Part shown: positions 26,777-40,800 of the stretch, piece by piece | Position numbering within the stretch: position 1 is the stretch's first letter | Layout: each line of letters begins with the position of its first letter | DNA from: Auanema rhodensis | Lineage: Eukaryota > Animalia > Nematoda | Length of the DNA: 64,000 nucleotides | Reading direction: 5' to 3' | NCBI GenBank assembly: GCA_964057225.1 | Contig: OZ059899.1 | Location: 1,860,001-1,924,000, forward strand | Notes under the pieces: model-generated | What the model was told of the DNA's origin: nothing | Seen by the model: the letters and a program-made list of their open reading frames with translations, nothing else | The model's database searches: none | Position numbers and translations under genes: made by a program

Positions 26777-29700
26777 TCTGTGTTATCAGATTTGCGCTAG
26801 CTTAAAAATGCACCGAGATATCAACTGATATAAGTTCACACTTATATCCTCGATTTTCACCCTGAAGAATTAATTTTTTCGTTGAATAACATTGTCTATC
26901 GTCTTTGCCTTGAAAAATGAAATCTAAAAACATCTACTTTTTGCTAAATTATTCTGAAATTTTTCGAAAAAATTTTTGTCAAAATGTTTTTGGAAGCAAT
27001 GTTGAGTGTACATGGAAACTCAACATACACTAATGCATCATTTTTCAAACGATCATAACTAATTTTTGTATCAAGCGTTTCTCAATGTAGTATAGTGCAT
27101 TCGATGCGGATTTTTAAGCTGCGTCGATCTGTGTTATCAGATTTGCGCTAGCTTAAAAATGCACCGAGATATCAACTGATATAAGTTCACACTTATATCC
27201 TCGATTTTCACCCTGAAGAAATAATTTTTTCGTTGAATAACATTGTCCATCGTCTTTGCCTTGAAAAAAGGAATCTAAAAACATCTACTTTTTGCTAAAT
27301 TATTTTGAAATTTTTCGAAAAAATTTTTGTCAAAATGTTTTTGGAAGCAATGTTGAGTGTACATGGAAACTCAACATACACTAATGCATCATTTTTCAAA
27401 CGATCATAACTAATTTTTGTATCAAGCGTTTCTCAATGTAGTATAGTGCATTCGATGCGGATTTTTAAGCTGCGTCGATCTGTGTTATCAGATTTGCGCT
27501 AGCTTAAAAATGCACCGAGATATCAACTGATATAAGTTCACACTTATATCCTCGATTTTCACCCTGAAGAATTAATTTTTTCGTTGAATAACATTGTCTA
27601 TCGTCTTTGCCTTGAAAAATGGAATCTAAAAACATCTACTTTTTGCTAAATTATTCTGAAATTTTTCGAAAAAATTTTTGTCAAAATGTTTTTGGAAGCA
27701 ATGTTGAGTGTACATGGAAACTCAACATACACTAATGCATCATTTTTCAAACGATCATAACTAATTTTTGTATCAAGCGTTTCTCAATGTAGTATAGTGC
27801 ATTCGATGCGGATTTTTAAGCTGCGTCGATCTGTGTTATCAGATTTGCGCTAGCTTAAAAATGCACCGAGATATCAACTGATATAAGTTCACACTTATAT
27901 CCTCGATTTTCACCCTGAAGAATTAAATTTTTCGTTGAATAACATTGTCCATCGTCTTTGCCTTGAAAAATGGAATCTAAAAACATCTACTTTTTGCTAA
28001 ATTATTTTGAAATTTTTCGAAAAAATTTTTGTCAAAATGTTTTTGGAAGCAATGTTGAGTGTACATGGAAACTCAACATACACTAATGCATCATTTTTCA
28101 AACGATCATAACTAATTTTTGTATCAAGCGTTTCTCAATGTAGTATAGTGCATTCGATGCGGATTTTTAAGCTGCGTCGATCTGTGTTATCAGATTTGCG
28201 CTAGCTTAAAAATGCACCGAGATATCAACTGATATAAGTTCACACTTATATCCTCGATTTTCACCCTGAAGAAATAATTTTTTCGTTGAATAACATTGTC
28301 TATCGTCTTTGCCTTGAAAAATGGAATCTAAAAACATCTACTTTTTGCTAAATTATTCTGAAATTTTTCGAAAAAATTTTTGTCAAAATGTTTTTGGAAA
28401 CAATGTTGAGTGTACATGGAAACTCAACATACACTAATGCATCATTTTTCAAACGATCATAACTAATTTTTGTATCAAGCGTTTCTCAATGTAGTATAGT
28501 GCATTCGATGCGGATTTTTAAGCTGCGTCGATCTGTGTTATCAGATTTGCGCTAGCTTAAAAATGCACCGAGATATCAACTGATATAAGTTCACACTTAT
28601 ATCCTCGATTTTCACCCTGAAGAATTAAATTTTTCGTTGAATAACATTGTCCATCGTCTTTGCCTTGAAAAATGGAATCTAAAAACATCTACTTTTTGCT
28701 AAATTATTTTGAAATTTTTCGAAAAAATTTTTGTCAAAATGTTTTTGGAAGCAATGTTGAGTGTACATGGAAACTCAACATACACTAATGCATCATTTTT
28801 CAAACGATCATAACTAATTTTTGTATCAAGCGTTTTTCAATGTAGTATAGTGCATTCGATGCGGATTTTTAAGCTGCGTCGATCTGTGTTATCAGATTTG
28901 CGCTAGCTTAAAAATGCACCGAGATATCAACTGATATAAGTTCACACTTATATCCTCGATTTTCACCCTGAAGAAATAATTTTTTCGTTGAATAACATTG
29001 TCCATCGTCTTTGCCTTGAAAAAAGGAATCTAAAAACATCTACTTTTTGCTAAATTATTTTGAAATTTTTCGAAAAAATTTTTGTCAAAATGTTTTTGGA
29101 AGCAATGTTGAGTGTACATGGAAACTCAACATACAATAATGCATCATTTTTCAAACGATCATAACTAATTTTTGTATCAAGCGTTTCTCCATGTAGTATG
29201 GTGCATTCGATGCGGATTTTTAAGCTGCGTCGATCTGTGTTATCAGATTTGCGCTAGCTTAAAAATGCACCGAGATATCAACTGATATAAGTTCACACTT
29301 ATATCCTCGATTTTCACCCTGAAGAATTAATTTTTTCGTTGAATAACATTGTCCATCGTCTTTGCCTTGAAAAATGGAATCTAAAAACATCTACTTTTTG
29401 CTAAATTATTTTGAAATTTTTCGAAAAAATTTTTGTCAAAATGTTTTTGGAAGCAATGTTGAGTGTACATGGAAACTCAACATACACTAATGCATCATTT
29501 TTCAAACGATCATAATTAATTTTTATATCAAGCGTTTCTCAATGTAGTATAGTGCATTCGATGCGGATTTTTAAGCTGCGTCGATCTGTGTTATCAGATT
29601 TGCGCTAGCTTAAAAATGCACCGAGATATCAACTGATATAAGTTCACACTTATATCCTCGATTTTCACCCTGAAGAAATAATTTTTTCGTTGAATAACAT

Positions 29701-32700
29701 TGTCCATCGTCTTTGCCTTGAAAAAAGGAATCTAAAAACATCTACTTTTTGCTAAATTATTCTGAAATTTTTCGAAAAAATTTTTGTCAAAATGTTTTTG
29801 GAAGCAATGTTGAGTGTACATGGAAACTCAACATACACTAATGCATCATTTTTCAAACGATCATAACTAATTTTTGTATCAAGCGTTTCTCAATGTAGTA
29901 TAGTGCATTCGATGCGGATTTTTAAGCTGCGTCGATCAGTGTTATCAGATTTGCGCTAGCTTAAAAATGCACCGAGATATCAACTGATATAAGTTCACAC
30001 TTATATCCTCGATTTTCACCCTGAAGAATTAATTTTTTCGTTGAATAACATTGTCCATCGTCTTTGCCTTGAAAAATGGAATCTAAAAACATCTACTTTT
30101 TGCTAAATTATTTTGAAATTTTTCGAAAAAATTTTTGTCAAAATGTTTTTGGAAGCAATGTTGAGTGTACATGGAAACTCAACATACACTAATGCATCAT
30201 TTTTCAAACGATCATAACTAATTTTTGTATTAAGCGTTTCTCAATGTTGTATAGTGCATTCGATGCGGATTTTTAAGCTGCGTCGATCTGTGTTATCAGA
30301 TTTGCGCTAGCTTAAAAATGCACCGAGATATCAACTGATATAAGTTCACACTTATATCCTCGATTTTCACCCTGAAGAATTAATTTTTTCGTTGAATAAC
30401 ATTGTCTATCGTCTTTGCCTTGAAAAATGGAATCTAAAAACATCTACTTTTTGCTAAATTATTCTGAAATTTTTCGAAAAAATTTTTGTCAAAATGTTTT
30501 TGGAAGCAATGTTGAGTGTACATGGAAACTCAACATACACTAATGCATCATTTTTCAAACGATCATAACTAATTTTTGTATCAAGCGTTTCTCAATGTAG
30601 TATAGTGCATTCGATGCGGATTTTTAAGCTGCGTCGATCAGTGTTATCAGATTTGCGCTAGCTTAAAAATGCACCGAGATATCAACTGATATAAGTTCAC
30701 ACTTATATCCTCGATTTTCACCCTGAAGAATTAATTTTTTCGTTGAATAACATTGTCCATCGTCTTTGCCTTGAAAAATGGAATCTAAAAACATCTACTT
30801 TTTGCTAAATTATTTTGAAATTTTTCGAAAAAATTTTTGTCAAAATGTTTTTGGAAGCAATGTTGAGTGTACATGGAAACTCAACATACACTAATGCATC
30901 ATTTTTCAAACGATCATAATTAATTTTTGTATCAAGCGTTTCTCAATGTAGTATAGTGCATTCGATGCGGATTTTTAAGCTGCGTCGATCTGTGTTATCA
31001 GATTTGCGCTAGCTTAAAAATGCACCGAGATATCAACTGATATAAGTTCACACTTATATCCTCGATTTTCACCCTGAAGAATTAAATTTTTCGTTGAATA
31101 ACATTGTCCATCGTCTTTGCCTTGAAAAATGGAATCTAAAAACATCTACTTTTTGCTAAATTATTTTGAAATTTTTCGAAAAAATTTTTGTCAAAATGTT
31201 TTTGGAAGCAATGTTGAGTGTACATGGAAACTCAACACACACTAATGCATCATTTTTCAAACGATCATAACTAATTTTTGTATCAAGCGTTTCTCAATGT
31301 AGTATAGTGCATTCGATGCGGATTTTTAAGCTGCGTCGATCTGTGTTATCAGATTTGCGCTAGCTTAAAAATGCACCGAGATATCAACTGATATAAGTTC
31401 ACACTTATATCCTCGATTTTCACCCTGAAGAAATAATTTTTTCGTTGAATAACATTGTCCATCGTCTTTGCCTTGAAAAAAGGAATCTAAAAACATCTAC
31501 TTTTTGCTAAATTATTCTGAAATTTTTCGAAAAAATTTTTGTCAAAATGTTTTTGGAAGCAATGTTGAGTGTACATGGAAACTCAACATACACTAATGCA
31601 TCATTTTTCAAACGATCATAACTAATTTTTGTATCAAGCGTTTCTCAATGTAGTATAGTGCATTCGATGCGGATTTTTAAGCTGCGTCGATCAGTGTTAT
31701 CAGATTTGCGCTAGCTTAAAAATGCACCGAGATATCAACTGATATAAGTTCACACTTATATCCTCGATTTTCACCCTGAAGAATTAATTTTTTCGTTGAA
31801 TAACATTGTCCATCGTCTTTGCCTTGAAAAATGGAATCTAAAAACATCTACTTTTTGCTAAATTATTTTGAAATTTTTCGAAAAAATTTTTGTCAAAATG
31901 TTTTTGGAAGCAATGTTGAGTGTACATGGAAACTCAACATACACTAATGCATCATTTTTCAAACGATCATAATTAATTTTTGTATCAAGCGTTTCTCAAT
32001 GTAGTATAGTGCATTCGATGCGGATTTTTAAGCTGCGTCGATCTGTGTTATCAGATTTGCGCTAGCTTAAAAATGCACCGAGATATCAACTGATATAAGT
32101 TCACACTTATATCCTCGATTTTCACCCTGAAGAATTAAATTTTTCGTTGAATAACATTGTCCATCGTCTTTGCCTTGAAAAATGGAATCTAAAAACATCT
32201 ACTTTTTGCTAAATTATTTTGAAATTTTTCGAAAAAATTTTTGTCAAAATGTTTTTGGAAGCAATGTTGAGTGTACATGGAAACTCAACATACACTAATG
32301 CATCATTTTTCAAACGATCATAACTAAATTTTGTATCAAGCGTTTCTCAATGTAGTATAGTGCATTCGATGCGGATTTTTAAGCTGCGTCGATCTGTGTT
32401 ATCAGATTTGCGCTAGCTTAAAAATGCACCGAGATATCAACTGATATAAGTTCACACTTATATCCTCGATTTTCACCCTGAAGAAATAATTTTTTCGTTG
32501 AATAACATTGTCCATCGTCTTTGCCTTGAAAAAAGGAATCTAAAAACATCTACTTTTTGCTAAATTATTTTGAAATTTTTCGAAAAAATTTTTGTCAAAA
32601 TGTTTTTGGAAGCAATGTTGAGTGTACATGGAAACTCAACATACACTAATGCATCATTTTTCAAAAGATCATAACTAATTTTTGTATCAAGCGTTTCTCA

Positions 32701-32749
32701 ATGTAGTATGGTGCATTCGATGCGGAATTTTAAGCTGCGTCGATCGGTG

Positions 32750-34850
32750 TTATCAGATTTGCGCTAGCTTAAAAATGCACCGAGATATCAACTGATATAA
32801 GTTCACACTTATATCCTCGATTTTCACCCTGAAGAATTAATTTTTTCGTTGAATAACATTGTCCATCGTCTTTGCCTTGAAAAATGGAATCTAAAAACAT
32901 CTACTTTTTGCTAAATTATTTTGAAATTTTTCGAAAAAATTTTTGTCAAAATGTTTTTGGAAGCAATGTTGAGTGTACATGGAAACTCAACATACACTAA
33001 TGCATCATTTTTCAAACGATCATAACTAATTTTTGTATCAAGCGTTTCTCAATGTAGTATAGTGCATTCGATGCGGATTTTTAAACTGCGTCGATCTGTG
33101 TTATCAGATTTGCGCTAGCTTAAAAATGCACCGAGATATCAACTGATATAAGTTCACACTTATATCCTCGATTTTCACCCTGAAGAATTAATTTTTTCGT
33201 TGAATAACATTGTCTATCGTCTTTGCCTTGAAAAATGGAATCTAAAAACATCTACTTTTTGCTAAATTATTTTGAAATTTTTCGAAAAAATTTTTGTCAA
33301 AATGTTTTTGGAAGCAATGTTGAGTGTACATGGAAACTCAACATACACTAATGCATCATTTTTCAAACGATCATAATTAATTTTTGTATCAAGCGTTTCT
33401 CAATGTAGTATAGTGCATTCGATGCGGATTTTTAAGCTGCGTCGATCTGTGTTATCAGATTTGCGCTAGCTTAAAAATGCACCGAGATATCAACTGATAT
33501 AAGTTCACACTTATATCCTCGATTTTCACCCTGAAGAATTAATTTTTTCGTTGAATAACATTGTCCATCGTCTTTGCCTTGAAAAATGGAATCTATAAAC
33601 ATCTACTTTTGCTAAATTATTTTGAAATTTTTCGAAAAAATTTTTGTCAAAATGTTTTTGGAAGCAATGTTGAGTGTACATGGGAACTCAACATACACTA
33701 ATGCATCATTTTTCAAACGATCATAACTAATTTTTGAATTAAGCTTTTCTCAATGTAGTATAGTGCATTCGATGCGGATTTTTGAGCTGCGTCGATCTGT
33801 GTTATCAGATTTGCGCTAGCTTAAAAATGCACCGAGATATCAACTGATATAAGTTCACACTTATATCCTCGATTTTCACCCTGAAGAATTAATTTTTTCG
33901 TTGAATAACATTGTCTATCGTCTTTGCCTTGAAAAATGGAATCTAAAAACATCTACTTTTTGCTAAATTATTTTGAAATTTTTCGAAAAAATTTTTGTCA
34001 AAATGTTTTTGGAAGCAATGTTGAGTGTACATGGAAACTCAACATACACTAATGCATTATTTTTCAAACGATCATAACTAATTTTTGTATCAAGCGTTTC
34101 TCAATGTAGTATAGTGCATTCGATGCGGATTTTTAAGCTGCGTCGATCTGTGTTATCAGATTTGCGCTAGCTTAAAAATGCACCGAGATATCAACTGATA
34201 TAAGTTCACACTTATATCCTCGATTTTCACCCTGAAGAATTAATTTTTTCGTTGAATAACATTGTCTATCGTCTTTGCCTTGAAAAATGGAATCTAAAAA
34301 CATCTACTTTTTGCTAAATTATTTTGAAATTTTTCGAAAAAATTTTTGTCAAAATGTTTTTGGAAGCAATGTTGAGTGTACATGGAAACTCAACATACAC
34401 TAATGCATCATTTTTCAAACGATCATAATTAATTTTTGTATCAAGCGTTTCTCAATGTAGTATAGTGCATTCGATGCGGATTTTTAAGCTGCGTCGATCT
34501 GTGTTATCAGATTTGCGCTAGCTTAAAAATGCACCGAGATATCAACTGATATAAGTTCACACTTATATCCTCGATTTTCACCCTGAAGAATTAATTTTTT
34601 CGTTGAATAACATTGTCCATCGTCTTTGCCTTGAAAAATGGAATCTATAAACATCTACTTTTGCTAAATTATTTTGAAATTTTTCGAAAAAATTTTTGTC
34701 AAAATGTTTTTGGAAGCAATGTTGAGTGTACATGGGAACTCAACATACACTAATGCATCATTTTTCAAACGATCATAACTAATTTTTGAATTAAGCTTTT
34801 CTCAATGTAGTATAGTGCATTCGATGCGGATTTTTGAGCTGCGTCGATCT
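32750..34850 (-). repeat. 3-monomer (1052-bp) tandem duplication
   Basis: One distinctive monomer (ATCTATAAAC, 1-bp T deletion, TGGGAACT, GAATTAAGCTTTT, TTTGAGCT) occurs at ~33590-33790 and ~34640-34840. Outer boundaries are approximate. Confidence 0.8.
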
Positions 34851-37800
34851 GTGTTATCAGATTTGCGCTAGCTTAAAAATGCACCGAGATATCAACTGAT
34901 ATAAGTTCACACTTATATCCTCGATTTTCACCCTGAAGAATTAATTTTTTCGTTGAATAACATTGTCTATCGTCTTTGCCTTGAAAAATGAAATCTAAAA
35001 ACATCTACTTTTTGCTAAATTATTCAGAAATTTTTCGAAAAAATTTTTGTCAAAATGTTTTTGGAAGCAATGTTGAGTGTACATGGAAACTCAACATACA
35101 CTAATGCATCATTTTTCAAACGATCATAACTAATTTTTGTATCAAGCGTTTCTCAATGTAGTATAGTGCATTCGATGCGGATTTTTAAGCTGCGTCGATC
35201 TGTGTTATCAGATTTGCGCTAGCTTAAAAATGCACCGAGATATCAACTGATATAAGTTCACACTTATATCCTCGATTTTCACCCTGAAGAATTAATTTTT
35301 TCGTTGAATAACATTGTCTATCGTCTTTGCCTTGAAAAATGGAATCTAAAAACATCTACTTTTTGCTAAATTATTCTGAAATTTTTCGAAAAAATTTTTG
35401 TCAAAATGTTTTTGGAAGCAATGTTGAGTGTACATGGAAACTCAACATACACTAATGCATCATTTTTCAAACGATCATAACTAATTTTTGTATCAAGCGT
35501 TTCTCAATGTAGTATAGTGCATTCGATGCGGATTTTTAAGCTGCGTCGATCTGTGTTATCAGATTTGCGCTAGCTTAAAAATGCACCGAGATATCAACTG
35601 ATATAAGTTCACACTTATATCCTCGATTTTCACCCTGAAGAATTAAATTTTTCGTTGAATAACATTGTCCATCGTCTTTGCCTTGAAAAATGGAATCTAA
35701 AAACATCTACTTTTTGCTAAATTATTTTGAAATTTTTCGAAAAAATTTTTGTCAAAATGTTTTTGGAAGCAATGTTGAGTGTACATGGAAACTCAACATA
35801 CACTAATGCATCATTTTTCAAACGATCATAACTAATTTTTGTATCAAGCGTTTCTCAATGTAGTATAGTGCATTCGATGCGGATTTTTAAGCTGCGTCGA
35901 TCTGTGTTATCAGATTTGCGCTAGCTTAAAAATGCACCGAGATATCAACTGATATAAGTTCACACTTATATCCTCGATTTTCACCCTGAAGAATTAATTT
36001 TTTCGTTGAATAACATTGTCTATCGTCTTTGCCTTGAAAAATGGAATCTAAAAACATCTACTTTTTGCTAAATTATTCTGAAATTTTTCGAAAAAATTTT
36101 TGTCAAAATGTTTTTGGAAGCAATGTTGAGTGTACATGGAAACTCAACATACACTAATGCATCATTTTTCAAACGATCATAACTAATTTTTGTATCAAGC
36201 GTTTCTCAATGTAGTATAGTGCATTCGATGCGGATTTTTAAGCTGCGTCGATCAGTGTTATCAGATTTGCGCTAGCTTAAAAATGCACCGAGATATCAAC
36301 TGATATAAGTTCACACTTATATCCTCGATTTTCACCCTGAAGAATTAATTTTTTCGTTGAATAACATTGTCCATCGTCTTTGCCTTGAAAAATGGAATCT
36401 AAAAACATCTACTTTTGCTAAATTATTTTGAAATTTTTCGAAAAAATTTTTGTCAAAATGTTTTTGGAAGCAATGTTGAGTGTACATGGAAACTCAACAT
36501 ACACTAATGCATCATTTTTCAAACGATCATAACTAATTTTTGTATCAAGCGTTTCTCAATGTAGTATAGTGCATTCGATGCGGATTTTTAAGCTGCGTCG
36601 ATCAGTGTTATCAGATTTGCGCTAGCTTAAAAATGCACCGAGATATCAACTGATATAAGTTCACACTTATATCCTCGATTTTCACCCTGAAGAATTAATT
36701 TTTTCGTTGAATAACATTGTCCATCGTCTTTGCCTTGAAAAATGGAATCTAAAAACATCTACTTTTGCTAAATTATTTTGAAATTTTTCGAAAAAATTTT
36801 TGTCAAAATGTTTTTGGAAGCAATGTTGAGTGTACATGGGAACTCAACATACACTAATGCATCATTTTTCAAACGATCATAACTAATTTTTGTATCAAGC
36901 GTTTCTCCATGTAGTATGGTGCATTCGATGCGGGTTTTTAAGCTGCGTCGATCTGTGTTATCAGATTTGCGCTAGCTTAAAAATGCACCGAGATATCAAC
37001 TGATATAAGTTCACACTTATATCCTCGATTTTCACCCTGAAGAATTAATTTTTTCGTTGAATAACATTGTCTATCGTCTTTGCCTTGAAAAATGGAATCT
37101 AAAAACATCTACTTTTTGCTAAATTATTCTGAAATTTTTCGAAAAAATTTTTGTCAAAATGTTTTTGGAAGCAATGTTGAGTGTACATGGAAACTCAACA
37201 TACACTAATGCATCATTTTTCAAACGATCATAACTAATTTTTGTATCAAGCGTTTCTCAATGTAGTATAGTGCATTCGATGCGGATTTTTAAGCTGCGTC
37301 GATCTGTGTTATCAGATTTGCGCTAGCTTAAAAATGCACCGAGATATCAACTGATATAAGTTCACACTTATATCCTCGATTTTCACCCTGAAGAATTAAA
37401 TTTTTCGTTGAATAACATTGTCCATCGTCTTTGCCTTGAAAAATGGAATCTAAAAACATCTACTTTTTGCTAAATTATTTTGAAATTTTTCGAAAAAATT
37501 TTTGTCAAAATGTTTTTGGAAGCAATGTTGAGTGTACATGGAAACTCAACATACACTAATGCATCATTTTTCAAACGATCATAACTAATTTTTGTATCAA
37601 GCGTTTCTTAATGTAGTATAGTGCATTCGATGCGGATTTTTAAGCTGCGTCGATCTGTGTTATCAGATTTGCGCTAGCTTAAAAATGCACCGAGATATCA
37701 ACTGATATAAGTTCACACTTATATCCTCGATTTTCACCCTGAAGAAATAATTTTTTCGTTGAATAACATTGTCCATCGTCTTTGCCTTGAAAAAAGGAAT

Positions 37801-40800
37801 CTAAAAACATCTACTTTTTGCTAAATTATTTTGAAATTTTTCGAAAAAATTTTTGTCAAAATGTTTTTGGAAGCAATGTTGAGTGTACATGGAAACTCAA
37901 CATACACTAATGCATCATTTTTCAAACGATCATAACTAATTTTTGTATCAAGCGTTTCTCCATGTAGTATGGTGCATTCGATGCGGATTTTTAAGCTGCG
38001 TCGATCTGTGTTATCAGATTTGCGCTAGCTTAAAAATGCACCGAGATATCAACTGATATAAGTTCACACTTATATCCTCGATTTTCACCCTGAAGAATTA
38101 ATTTTTTCGTTGAATAACATTGTCTATCGTCTTTGCCTTGAAAAATGAAATCTAAAAACATCTACTTTTTGCTAAATTATTCAGAAATTTTTCGAAAAAA
38201 TTTTTGTCAAAATGTTTTTGGAAGCAATGTTGAGTGTACATGGAAACTCAACATACACTAATGCATCATTTTTCAAACGATCATAACTAATTTTTGTATC
38301 AAGCGTTTCTCAATGTAGTATAGTGCATTCGATGCGGATTTTTAAGCTGCGTCGATCTGTGTTATCAGATTTGCGCTAGCTTAAAAATGCACCGAGATAT
38401 CAACTGATATAAGTTCACACTTATATCCTCGATTTTCACCCTGAAGAATTAATTTTTTCGTTGAATAACATTGTCTATCGTCTTTGCCTTGAAAAATGGA
38501 ATCTAAAAACATCTACTTTTTGCTAAATTATTCTGAAATTTTTCGAAAAAATTTTTGTCAAAATGTTTTTGGAAGCAATGTTGAGTGTACATGGAAACTC
38601 AACATACACTAATGCATCATTTTTCAAACGATCATAACTAATTTTTGTATCAAGCGTTTCTCAATGTAGTATAGTGCATTCGATGCGGATTTTTAAGCTG
38701 CGTCGATCTGTGTTATCAGATTTGCGCTAGCTTAAAAATGCACCGAGATATCAACTGATATAAGTTCACACTTATATCCTCGATTTTCACCCTGAAGAAT
38801 TAAATTTTTCGTTGAATAACATTGTCCATCGTCTTTGCCTTGAAAAATGGAATCTAAAAACATCTACTTTTTGCTAAATTATTTTGAAATTTTTCGAAAA
38901 AATTTTTGTCAAAATGTTTTTGGAAGCAATGTTGAGTGTACATGGAAACTCAACATACACTAATGCATCATTTTTCAAACGATCATAACTAATTTTTGTA
39001 TCAAGCGTTTCTCAATGTAGTATAGTGCATTCGATGCGGATTTTTAAGCTGCGTCGATCTGTGTTATCAGATTTGCGCTAGCTTAAAAATGCACCGAGAT
39101 ATCAACTGATATAAGTTCACACTTATATCCTCGATTTTCACCCTGAAGAATTAATTTTTTCGTTGAATAACATTGTCTATCGTCTTTGCCTTGAAAAATG
39201 GAATCTAAAAACATCTACTTTTTGCTAAATTATTCTGAAATTTTTCGAAAAAATTTTTGTCAAAATGTTTTTGGAAGCAATGTTGAGTGTACATGGAAAC
39301 TCAACATACACTAATGCATCATTTTTCAAACGATCATAACTAATTTTTGTATCAAGCGTTTCTCAATGTAGTATAGTGCATTCGATGCGGATTTTTAAGC
39401 TGCGTCGATCAGTGTTATCAGATTTGCGCTAGCTTAAAAATGCACCGAGATATCAACTGATATAAGTTCACACTTATATCCTCGATTTTCACCCTGAAGA
39501 ATTAATTTTTTCGTTGAATAACATTGTCCATCGTCTTTGCCTTGAAAAATGGAATCTAAAAACATCTACTTTTGCTAAATTATTTTGAAATTTTTCGAAA
39601 AAATTTTTGTCAAAATGTTTTTGGAAGCAATGTTGAGTGTACATGGAAACTCAACATACACTAATGCATCATTTTTCAAACGATCATAACTAATTTTTGT
39701 ATCAAGCGTTTCTCAATGTAGTATAGTGCATTCGATGCGGATTTTTAAGCTGCGTCGATCAGTGTTATCAGATTTGCGCTAGCTTAAAAATGCACCGAGA
39801 TATCAACTGATATAAGTTCACACTTATATCCTCGATTTTCACCCTGAAGAATTAATTTTTTCGTTGAATAACATTGTCCATCGTCTTTGCCTTGAAAAAT
39901 GGAATCTAAAAACATCTACTTTTGCTAAATTATTTTGAAATTTTTCGAAAAAATTTTTGTCAAAATGTTTTTGGAAGCAATGTTGAGTGTACATGGGAAC
40001 TCAACATACACTAATGCATCATTTTTCAAACGATCATAACTAATTTTTGTATCAAGCGTTTCTCCATGTAGTATGGTGCATTCGATGCGGGTTTTTAAGC
40101 TGCGTCGATCTGTGTTATCAGATTTGCGCTCGCTTAAAAATGCACCGAGATATCAACTGATATAAGTTCACACTTATATCCTCGATTTTCACCCTGAAGA
40201 ATTAATTTTTTCGTTGAATAACATTGTCTATCGTCTTTGCCTTGAAAAATGGAATCTAAAAACATCTACTTTTTGCTAAATTATTCTGAAATTTTTCGAA
40301 AAAATTTTTGTCAAAATGTTTTTGGAAGCAATGTTGAGTGTACATGGAAACTCAACATACACTAATGCATCATTTTTCAAACGATCATAACTAATTTTTG
40401 TATCAAGCGTTTCTCAATGTAGTATAGTGCATTCGATGCGGATTTTTAAGCTGCGTCGATCTGTGTTATCAGATTTGCGCTAGCTTAAAAATGCACCGAG
40501 ATATCAACTGATATAAGTTCACACTTATATCCTCGATTTTCACCCTGAAGAATTAAATTTTTCGTTGAATAACATTGTCCATCGTCTTTGCCTTGAAAAA
40601 TGGAATCTAAAAACATCTACTTTTTGCTAAATTATTTTGAAATTTTTCGAAAAAATTTTTGTCAAAATGTTTTTGGAAGCAATGTTGAGTGTACATGGAA
40701 ACTCAACATACACTAATGCATCATTTTTCAAACGATCATAACTAATTTTTGTATCAAGCGTTTCTCAATGTAGTATAGTGCATTCGATGCGGATTTTTAA

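Noticed and set aside
26760-26780. Transposon insertion or footprint at the strand switch
   Set aside because: Every base is accounted for by satellite sequence. The TGTG could be read as a 2-bp duplication, but that alone does not support an element.
26685-26853. Fold-back chimeric read or mirror-assembly artefact at the inversion
   Set aside because: The arms carry different variants and different higher-order patterns instead of mirroring each other. A misjoin of two separate arrays still needs read-level exclusion.
26877-26893. CENP-B box-like TTTCGTTGAATAACATT
   Set aside because: It matches TTCG and the central A but lacks the essential CGGG, so only 5 of 9 core positions are present.
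26850-26930. Hammerhead ribozyme or retrozyme, suggested by CTGAAGA (CUGANGA) and a monomer size like newt and schistosome ribozyme satellites
   Set aside because: I could not build stem II closed by GAAA, nor a partner for the stem I arm (TTTTCACC). The other strand has CTGATAA, which breaks the core. An Infernal or RNAMotif search would settle it.
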